Part shown: positions 7,559 through 15,129 of the stretch, one piece after another
Layout: each line of letters begins with the position of its first letter
Position numbering within the stretch: position 1 is the stretch's first letter
From: a virus
Lineage: Duplodnaviria; Caudoviricetes
Virus record (IMG/VR): IMGVR_UViG_3300042935_000535
Coordinates: 1-24,512 of that record
Reading direction: 5' to 3' (one strand)
Length of the DNA: 24,512 bases
The notes under the pieces: generated by a model
Databases searched by the model: none
What the model saw: the letters and a program-made list of their open reading frames with translations, nothing else
Told to the model about the DNA's origin: nothing
Made by a program: the position numbers and the translations under genes

Positions 7559-7927
7559 ATGAATTACACAATTCAAGAAAAAACCCAGTACATAAAAGAT
7601 TTCAATTGCTTACCGCCGTACTTTCCAACCAGGGAAATTGATAAAATTGTAATCAAAACCGAAAGCGGAACCTTGCATACTTATATAGGGGCAGCAGAAT
7701 TATGTATGGCACACGATATAAAAACGAAAAATCTCTGGCGTATATTTGCACATCACAAAGGATTAGAAGTAATTTCAATTGAAACGGTTGTTATAACAAG
7801 CAACCTGGATAGAAAAAAAATGATTAAAAAATTACGAATAACTTTTGGAAAAACAAACAACGAATTAGTATATCTAAAAGACGATGAACTATACCAACTT
7901 TGGAAAAAATTAACTTTTAAAAATTAA
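7559..7927 (+). CDS. hypothetical protein
   Basis: 122-aa ORF in operon context. Confidence 0.7.
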   Translation: MNYTIQEKTQYIKDFNCLPPYFPTREIDKIVIKTESGTLHTYIGAAELCMAHDIKTKNLWRIFAHHKGLEVISIETVVITSNLDRKKMIKKLRITFGKTNNELVYLKDDELYQLWKKLTFKN

Positions 7928-7931
7928 AACT

Positions 7932-8192
7932 ATGAAAAGAATATTATTATTAGTAACACTTGCTATTGGAATGGTAGCGTGTTCAACAGATGAAGTACCA
8001 ACAACACCAACTACAAAACCTTGCAATTGCTTAAAGCAAACGTGGGTTAAACCAATACTATCACCTTCAACAGCTTGGTATTTTAATGGCGATACGGAAT
8101 TTTATTCTAACAACTGCGCTGATAACGGAAAAGTAATTCCAGGTAACTCAGGTCAAGGTGTTGAATTTCAATACAGAATAAAATGTAATTAA
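7932..8192 (+). CDS. Cys-rich lipoprotein
   Basis: MKR, hydrophobic stretch, lipobox MVA-C, acidic STDE, Thr/Pro linker, four further Cys. Confidence 0.8.
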   Translation: MKRILLLVTLAIGMVACSTDEVPTTPTTKPCNCLKQTWVKPILSPSTAWYFNGDTEFYSNNCADNGKVIPGNSGQGVEFQYRIKCN

Positions 8193-8196
8193 ATTT

Positions 8197-8225
8197 AAAC
8201 CGATATGTAATGTATCGGTTTTTTT
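8197..8225 (+). terminator. intrinsic terminator ending the early/middle region
   Basis: AAACCGATA(8197-8205)/TATCGGTTT(8213-8221) stem running into a T-tract, 4 nt after the lipoprotein stop. Confidence 0.75.
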
Positions 8226-8226
8226 G

Positions 8227-8234
8227 TATATTTG
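8227..8234 (+). promoter_or_regulatory. promoter -7 element for the terminase/tail operon
   Basis: TATATTTG 18 nt upstream of the terS ATG. Confidence 0.65.
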
Positions 8235-8252
8235 TAGATAAAATACTTTACT

Positions 8253-8657
8253 ATGGGAAAGCATAAATACATAGAAACTCCTGAAATATTATGGGAACAT
8301 TTTACAAATTATAGAAATTATGTAAAATCAAACCCAATTATAGTAAAAGATTGGGTAGGTAAAGATGCAGTAGACGTATATCGAGAAAAAGAAAAACCAC
8401 TTACAATTGATGGTTTTGAATGTTGGTGTTATGACCAAGGCATAATAAGCCATTTGAGTGATTATTTTGCAAACTCTGACAATAAGTATTCAGAATATTC
8501 GACTATCTGTTCACGTATACGCAAAGCAGTTAGAACAGACCAAATCGAGGGTGGTATGGCTGGCATATACAATCCAAGTATAACACAACGTTTAAATAGC
8601 CTTACTGAAAAAACTGAAAACACTATTATAACAGAGCAACCTTTATTCCCTGATTAA
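8253..8657 (+). CDS. terminase small subunit (P22 gp3-like)
   Basis: ETPE.LW..F..Y, KPLTIDGF, Q.EGGMAG.YNPSI.QRL; directly upstream of terL. Confidence 0.85.
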   Translation: MGKHKYIETPEILWEHFTNYRNYVKSNPIIVKDWVGKDAVDVYREKEKPLTIDGFECWCYDQGIISHLSDYFANSDNKYSEYSTICSRIRKAVRTDQIEGGMAGIYNPSITQRLNSLTEKTENTIITEQPLFPD

Positions 8658-9823
8658 TGTTTGTTAGAACTACTGTAATAAATAAAATAAAGAATTTGAC
8701 AAGATTTGTCAAAGGTATTCAAGGAGGTACCTCAGCTGGTAAAACATTTGGGGTGATTCCTGTTTTAATTGATATTGCAGCTAAAAACAAACTAACTGAA
8801 ATATCTGTAGTTGCTGAAAGCATTCCACATCTTAAACGTGGTGCAATGAAAGACTTTAAAAAAATAATGATTGAAACAAATCGTTTTGTTTATAGCCGAT
8901 GGAATGCAACAGATTTTAAATACACTTTTCAAAATGGTTCTCAAATAGAATTTTTTAGTGCTGATAACGATAGCAAGTTACGAGGTGCAAGACGTGATTA
9001 TTTGTATATGAATGAAGCAAATAATATGACATTTCACGCTTATACTGAATTAGCATCGAGAACAAAGCAAGGAGTTTATTTAGATTGGAATCCAGTAAAC
9101 GAGTTTTGGTTTCACACCGAATTAAAAGAAGATAACGATGTGGATTTTTTAACTGTTAATTATTTAGATAACGAGGCTTGTCCTGAAAGTGCATTGAATT
9201 TTATTTTAAAAGCAAAAGAAAAAGCAGCTACTTCTTCATATTGGGAAAATTGGTATAAGGTTTATGGACTTGGGCAAATAGGTTCGCTTGATGGTGTTAT
9301 ATTTAACAACTGGCAAACGATTGATAAAATACCTAACGATGCCCGTTTACTTGGTTATGGAATTGACTTTGGTTATACAAATGATCCAACAGCAATAGTT
9401 GAGGTTTATAAATGGAATGAAAAAAGAATACTTAACGAAATATGCTACGAGAAAGGTTTAACCAATTCACAGATAGCAAAGCGTATTAATACTAAAATGC
9501 CAGCGTATTGTGATAGTGCTGAACCAAAATCAATAGCTGAATTAAAATTGCACGGTTTAAACGCTATTGCAGTTACAAAAGGAGCTGACAGTATAAACTA
9601 TGGTATAAGTATCATACAGGAAAACAACTACTTTGTAACAAGTCAATCCACTAACTTAATATCTGAGCTTCGAAAGTACGCTTGGGATAAAGACAAGAAA
9701 ACAGGAACTACTTTAAACAAACCTATTGACGATTTTAACCACGCAATTGACAGCTGGAGATATCACGAAATGATGACACTAGGAACGCTTAAAAAAGCAA
9801 ACTCAATACGTATAAAAGTATGA
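8657..9823 (+). CDS. terminase large subunit (PBSX/SPP1-like)
   Basis: Walker A QGGTSAGKT, LRGARRD, Walker B YLYMNEA, coupling LDWNP, nuclease GIDFGYTNDP and NHAIDSWRY. Confidence 0.95.
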   Translation: MFVRTTVINKIKNLTRFVKGIQGGTSAGKTFGVIPVLIDIAAKNKLTEISVVAESIPHLKRGAMKDFKKIMIETNRFVYSRWNATDFKYTFQNGSQIEFFSADNDSKLRGARRDYLYMNEANNMTFHAYTELASRTKQGVYLDWNPVNEFWFHTELKEDNDVDFLTVNYLDNEACPESALNFILKAKEKAATSSYWENWYKVYGLGQIGSLDGVIFNNWQTIDKIPNDARLLGYGIDFGYTNDPTAIVEVYKWNEKRILNEICYEKGLTNSQIAKRINTKMPAYCDSAEPKSIAELKLHGLNAIAVTKGADSINYGISIIQENNYFVTSQSTNLISELRKYAWDKDKKTGTTLNKPIDDFNHAIDSWRYHEMMTLGTLKKANSIRIKV

Positions 9824-10359
9824 AGCAAATAAACGTATTACAGTACACTAAATTAAGTGAGGTTGATAAATTACCTTATGTAATGCTTTTTACTTCTTTA
9901 AAAGCAAAGGAATGGCTTAAAATAGATATAAACAAACTAACTTATAACGAGGTTCGTAATATATTCAAACGATTATCTACAGCAAGCGAAGTAGAAGACG
10001 TATTTAAAATCTTTGAAATGGCTTTAAAAATAGAAGAAATTCAATTTTATGAGTTACCTTTACAAAAGTTTTTTCAAATAAAAAAATATTTAAACAATTA
10101 TTTTGTAAATTTGCAAAAGAAGGAAACGCAATTGCTTCAAACAATTAGCGAAGATATCGGAATTTGGGAGATGGCTGGAGGTGATTCGCTTAATGAGTTC
10201 GGAGATGTATTACCACTTTCACAATTAGCAAAGATATATGGAGGTTATCCGTTTGACTATGGGGAAAAAAAGTATATTGAAATAATTTATTTATTGCGTA
10301 TGAATAATGTGCAATCAAAAGTAGAAGCGGAATACCAAAAATTAAAAAGTAAAAAATGA
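9820..10359 (+). CDS. hypothetical protein, possibly tail assembly chaperone
   Basis: Helical-looking 179-aa ORF heading the tail genes; function inferred from position only. Confidence 0.45.
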   Translation: MKQINVLQYTKLSEVDKLPYVMLFTSLKAKEWLKIDINKLTYNEVRNIFKRLSTASEVEDVFKIFEMALKIEEIQFYELPLQKFFQIKKYLNNYFVNLQKKETQLLQTISEDIGIWEMAGGDSLNEFGDVLPLSQLAKIYGGYPFDYGEKKYIEIIYLLRMNNVQSKVEAEYQKLKSKK

Positions 10360-10517
10360 GTAATAAGTCAAAAATAATATTAAGGGATTATATTCGTGCA
10401 ATACCTACGCATATAAATAAAAATGAAGTATCTTTAAAGGTAACCGAAAAGATATACGATGACGTTAAGCACTTATTAAAAAATGGTTGTTTCAAAGGAA
10501 TTAAATTATATTGTTAA
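10356..10517 (+). CDS. small hypothetical protein (53 aa)
   Basis: ATGA overlap upstream and TAATG overlap downstream; MSNKSKIILRDYIRAIPTHINK...GIKLYC*. Confidence 0.65.
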   Translation: MSNKSKIILRDYIRAIPTHINKNEVSLKVTEKIYDDVKHLLKNGCFKGIKLYC

Positions 10518-10951
10518 TGGCAGATTTAGTTAGAATATTAGAAAGTGTTTGTAATGCAAACGATACCGAGTTTCACTATGGTAATAAGTCGCATTTGAAT
10601 TTAATAGATGCAAACTCAGACTTATGTCCAGATAAAGTGCATTTGCTTTTATTCCCTTTGCGACGTGGCAATGTAGTAGATAATGCAAGGGTTTATAATG
10701 GTAATTTCTTTTATGTAATGCCAGATGACTTTGCACAGGAATATCACAACGAAACAGAACAAGAGCAATGCGAAGCGAAATACACTTCAAGAATAGAACC
10801 ATTAATAAAATCATTAGACTTATTAGAGCAAAAGTTAAAATGGTGCAACGATATTGATATAGTTAGTTTTGAAAGCGTTGATGCTATTGATGTACTCGAT
10901 GCTAATATGTCAGGGCTTTGGGTAACATTCCAATTTAGAGTTTATGAGTAG
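10517..10951 (+). CDS. putative tail terminator/completion protein
   Basis: Acidic ~144-aa protein ending in a beta-strand (GLWVTFQFRV); position in tail module; ATG at 10517. Confidence 0.5.
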   Translation: MADLVRILESVCNANDTEFHYGNKSHLNLIDANSDLCPDKVHLLLFPLRRGNVVDNARVYNGNFFYVMPDDFAQEYHNETEQEQCEAKYTSRIEPLIKSLDLLEQKLKWCNDIDIVSFESVDAIDVLDANMSGLWVTFQFRVYE

Positions 10952-11408
10952 TAAAGTTTTATCAAAGGAATTTGAATTATTAAAAGACGATTTAATAAAA
11001 GCATACGATGCAAAAGGAATGCGTGCAAGTGGTAAGTTTGCCGAAACCCTTGAGGTAAAAGTAAACGGATTAACAGCGCAACTATGGGGCGAAAGTTACG
11101 CACAACAATTAGAAACAGGGCGTAAAGCTGGAGCGTTCCCACCAATTAGCGCAATAGAACAATGGATTAAAGACAAAGGCATAGCAAACAGAATACAAGG
11201 CGAAATATCAATTACTAGTTTAGCATTTTTAATAGCTCGTAAGATAGCACAAAGAGGTTGGAAACGTGAAGAGTATGGCGGTGTGGAATTAATTAGCGAA
11301 GTGGTTACAGATGTACGTATTCAAAAGATTATAGATGAGGTAGGAGTTGAGCAGGCTATGATATACAGTACCGAGATTATAAATTTAACAAAAGAATTAG
11401 CAATATAA
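10944..11408 (+). CDS. putative neck/tail completion protein (HK97 gp10-like)
   Basis: ASGK...L...YA..LETGRK.G.FPP...IEQW.K.KG...LAFLIARKI...G pattern. Confidence 0.65.
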   Translation: MSSKVLSKEFELLKDDLIKAYDAKGMRASGKFAETLEVKVNGLTAQLWGESYAQQLETGRKAGAFPPISAIEQWIKDKGIANRIQGEISITSLAFLIARKIAQRGWKREEYGGVELISEVVTDVRIQKIIDEVGVEQAMIYSTEIINLTKELAI

Positions 11409-12934
11409 TGGCGATAGTATTTGAAAAACAATTAACACTTACGGATTTATTATTTTCATATAATAACAATACCGTAACTTTTAAAAGCAACTCTAGCTTA
11501 ACAGTAAGAAAAGCAACTTTAACCTTTAATGGATTAGTATTTACTTTATTTCCAGACCCTGCAAATAAATTCTATTTTAATTTTAAATATAGTATTTCAA
11601 CTTTATTGAATGGTATAAATAACTTTTCAGACCAAACTAATTTAGATATTGTAACACCTATTGCTAATGATTTTAAAACTCGAGTATTAAATGATGGTGG
11701 AACTTTTGAAGCTTACGATTGTTTAATTGCTCAAATTACAGAATTAGGAGTTGATCCGATTATTGATTATACCGATTATATTTTTAATGATTTTGAAGTA
11801 ACTTATAAAATATTCTTTACAAACGATACAAGCGAAACACAAACGGTTACTTACAACTTTTTAAGTGCTTATGTAAACTATCAAGATTATAAAAAATTAT
11901 ACCCGCAATATCCTTTTCAAGTTGCAGGTCAATATCTTTTAAAACCAATTACTTATTTAAAAAGTTGGTTAGGCTATCCGTTTGATATTACATATTATAA
12001 CGGACTTTTAAACAATATTTCAGTAGGTACAGTTTTAGCTGAAGCAGGAACGTATTTAAAATCATTTGAATATACACTTACAACAACACCTACAACAAAT
12101 AAATTTTACACACCTTCAAATACCTGGACTAGAGTAGTAGGTCAATATGTGGATTTTAAATTTAATTCAACAGGTTATGAAGCGTTTTTTAATTCAATAG
12201 CGGTTGGAGATACAATTAAAATTAATTCAGGTATTGCAAACGGTTGGCAATATGAAGTATTTAGCATTTCAATAGTTGGCGCAGTTTATAATTTAAACTT
12301 AAAAATTACACAATCTGGAGTTAATGCTGCTGATGAATTTACGCAAGTACCATTTACTTTTGCAATAGCAAACGATGTTGTTGATAGTGAAACATACACA
12401 AATGATAAACGTATTAATAGGATTATATTCTCAAATGGCAATGAATTAATAACATTAGAAAACGGATATAATCAAATGCTAATTAATAGTACTGAATTTT
12501 ACATAGAGCAGATTTCAGACGCTTGCGACGGTCATTATTTAAAATGGTTAAATTCATTCGGTGGATGGAACTATTGGCTATTTAACAAAGGTAACGATAC
12601 ACTAACTACAAAAGATTTAGGCACAATTTTTAATGACTATGAAGACGTTGTAGATACGATTTCGCCTTATGTGGCTATTGGTAAAACTTCTGAAAATAAT
12701 ATAACTGTAAGACAAGATAACATAACACCTCAAGAGTTTTTAATTCTTAACGATATTTTAGAAAGTCCAAAAGTATATTTATTTACAGGATTACAAAATG
12801 AAGTAGTACAATTAAACGACTGGTTAGAAGTTACAATAAAGTCGGGAGCTTTTAGAGTTTCAAACGCAAGAGAAAAAATGACTAACTTAAATTTAACGAT
12901 TGAATTACCAGCTAATAATACTAAAACGCTATGA
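11408..12934 (+). CDS. tail tip/distal-tail-like structural protein
   Basis: Beta-rich; C-terminal YLKWLNSFGGWNYWLF...DILESPKVY motif characteristic of Bacteroidota phage tail proteins. Confidence 0.6.
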   Translation: MAIVFEKQLTLTDLLFSYNNNTVTFKSNSSLTVRKATLTFNGLVFTLFPDPANKFYFNFKYSISTLLNGINNFSDQTNLDIVTPIANDFKTRVLNDGGTFEAYDCLIAQITELGVDPIIDYTDYIFNDFEVTYKIFFTNDTSETQTVTYNFLSAYVNYQDYKKLYPQYPFQVAGQYLLKPITYLKSWLGYPFDITYYNGLLNNISVGTVLAEAGTYLKSFEYTLTTTPTTNKFYTPSNTWTRVVGQYVDFKFNSTGYEAFFNSIAVGDTIKINSGIANGWQYEVFSISIVGAVYNLNLKITQSGVNAADEFTQVPFTFAIANDVVDSETYTNDKRINRIIFSNGNELITLENGYNQMLINSTEFYIEQISDACDGHYLKWLNSFGGWNYWLFNKGNDTLTTKDLGTIFNDYEDVVDTISPYVAIGKTSENNITVRQDNITPQEFLILNDILESPKVYLFTGLQNEVVQLNDWLEVTIKSGAFRVSNAREKMTNLNLTIELPANNTKTL

Positions 12935-15129
12935 GGTTAATAATTAATGGTATCGATATTGAATTAACTGATAAGCAAACTATTTCAAGAACTTTGCAGG
13001 TTAATGATATTTTGACTTTGTCAAATAGACAAACCAATTATACCAACACATTTTCAATTAAAAAGACTGATAAAAACAAACAGACTTTTGATATGTTAGG
13101 AGTTGTTGGCGCTACTTCTTTTTTACCTTACCAAAAAAACGAATGCTATCTTTATACAGATGATGGCGAGTGTATGGTTTACAAAGGTTGGGCTGTAATT
13201 CAAAGTACCGATAAAGAATATAAGATTAATATTTACGATGGTAATATAGATTTGTACAAAGCAATCGAAAACAAAAGTTTAGCAGATTTAGATTTAACAG
13301 AACTTGATCACGTAAAAAATTTATCTAACGTTGTTAATTCATTTACATCAAATTTACCTTACAAGTATTTAGTTGCAGATTACAACGGTGAAATGGTTTA
13401 CAATACCAATAGGATAAATATTGATTACATCGTACCAAGTGCAAAGGTTAGTTATTTATGGAATAAGATATTTACTGAAAACGGTTTTACATACAGCGGA
13501 AGTGTTTTTAATACTATAGATTTTACAAATCTTTGGTTAAGTTACCCAAAATTTACAGAGAATAATATACCACCTACTAAAATATTTGAGGGTAGCACTT
13601 CAACACTAACAGGAACTACAGCAACAATCCCATTAAAATTTGACCAGACTATTGTAATTGACAATATACAAGACGTAAACAAACAGCAATTTATAATAAG
13701 TGAAGACGGTGGTTATAGGATTGAAGTAACTGGCAACGGAGCTATAACGTATCAAGTCTTGAGAACAGGACCTTTCAACAATGTTACTTCATATCAAATT
13801 TATAACTATGCACGCATTTTAAAAAACAACGTTTTAATTGGTTATACATTTGACGGTGCAATAGATATTCCCCTTATAATTGGCGATGTTATTACGATTG
13901 AGTTTCCGCCTGTAGCATTAGGAATTTATGATACGTTAATTAATACTACTTATAGCGGTAATTTTACTTTAATTTTTTCGCAATTTATAGGACAAGTTGT
14001 TTCTTTTTCAGATGAATTAAAGGACTTCAGTATTAAAGATTTTATAACTGAAATACTTAATCGTTTCGGTTTAACTCCATTCAAAGACAAATACGAAAAT
14101 CATTATAGATTTTTAACACTACAGGAACTTTTACAAAATAATACTGTAATTGATTGGAGCAGAGAACATAATAAATTTGTGGAAAAAATATCTGAAAAAT
14201 ATATTTTTGGTAGTTATGCACAAGAAAATAATTTCACGTACAAATATAATGATAGCGAAAGTGATTATTATAACAGCGAAATTTTAATTGATAATGTAAA
14301 CCTAGCAGACAACAAAGTAGTTGTTAATTCACGTGTTTATGCTCCAGAAAAAGAACGTACTACATTAATACACGATTTGCAAACAAACGTTTATAAAGTA
14401 TGGAATAAAGAAATAAAAGAGGGTGGAAGTATTACTTACAAAGGACTTTCTAAAAGATATTATTTAATGCGTGAAGCATCGCATACTTTTACATCACCTA
14501 CTCAAATAGGTAGTAAGGTTTTAGGAACGCATCAAACAATTACAACTGTACCGGTTGAAAGTTTTTATAATTTAAGAATGGAGGATGTTGTAAGAAATTA
14601 CTACGCTACAATAGGAGCTGTTTTAAACTATTCAAAAATAATAGAGGCTTCAATATACCTAAACGAAAAAAACATATCCGATATGGATTTTAGTAAGCTA
14701 TATTGGGTAAAACAATTAAGTAGTTATTTTCTTTTGAATAAGGTAAACAATTTTATCAAAAAAGGAATTACAAAAGTAGAACTTATAAAAGTCGATTATA
14801 CGCCAATTATTGATGATGATAGATACGCTAGTGGCACAATTAATGGAGCTATAAATTTAGTACCTAAATTACATTTTGGTTTTAACCAAAGGCAAATAAT
14901 AGCATCTGTAGGGCAAACAATTACAATATACCAAGATACTGTTTATAATGAAAACGAATATTATGTACCTTCGTTAGTTTCTGCTGGTGCTACAATAACA
15001 CAATTAGATTTAAACTTAATTAAGGTTTCATTTGCAAGTACAGGATCTAAAACATTAAGCGCAACAGTAGCAAATAATGACCGTACAATAGAAATAAATT
15101 CAAACGTTTTAAACATAACAATAATATAA
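12931..15129 (+). CDS. tail tip/baseplate hub-like structural protein
   Basis: MRLIING..IEL...RQTNYTNTF.I..T.KN...F N-terminus; 732 aa; precedes the tape measure gene. Confidence 0.6.
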   Translation: MRLIINGIDIELTDKQTISRTLQVNDILTLSNRQTNYTNTFSIKKTDKNKQTFDMLGVVGATSFLPYQKNECYLYTDDGECMVYKGWAVIQSTDKEYKINIYDGNIDLYKAIENKSLADLDLTELDHVKNLSNVVNSFTSNLPYKYLVADYNGEMVYNTNRINIDYIVPSAKVSYLWNKIFTENGFTYSGSVFNTIDFTNLWLSYPKFTENNIPPTKIFEGSTSTLTGTTATIPLKFDQTIVIDNIQDVNKQQFIISEDGGYRIEVTGNGAITYQVLRTGPFNNVTSYQIYNYARILKNNVLIGYTFDGAIDIPLIIGDVITIEFPPVALGIYDTLINTTYSGNFTLIFSQFIGQVVSFSDELKDFSIKDFITEILNRFGLTPFKDKYENHYRFLTLQELLQNNTVIDWSREHNKFVEKISEKYIFGSYAQENNFTYKYNDSESDYYNSEILIDNVNLADNKVVVNSRVYAPEKERTTLIHDLQTNVYKVWNKEIKEGGSITYKGLSKRYYLMREASHTFTSPTQIGSKVLGTHQTITTVPVESFYNLRMEDVVRNYYATIGAVLNYSKIIEASIYLNEKNISDMDFSKLYWVKQLSSYFLLNKVNNFIKKGITKVELIKVDYTPIIDDDRYASGTINGAINLVPKLHFGFNQRQIIASVGQTITIYQDTVYNENEYYVPSLVSAGATITQLDLNLIKVSFASTGSKTLSATVANNDRTIEINSNVLNITII

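Noticed and set aside
10261-10280. A AAA AAG slippery heptamer in the chaperone-like ORF (possible G/GT-type -1 frameshift)
   Set aside because: The -1 frame hits TGA after two more codons, so no extended product could form; such runs are common in AT-rich DNA.
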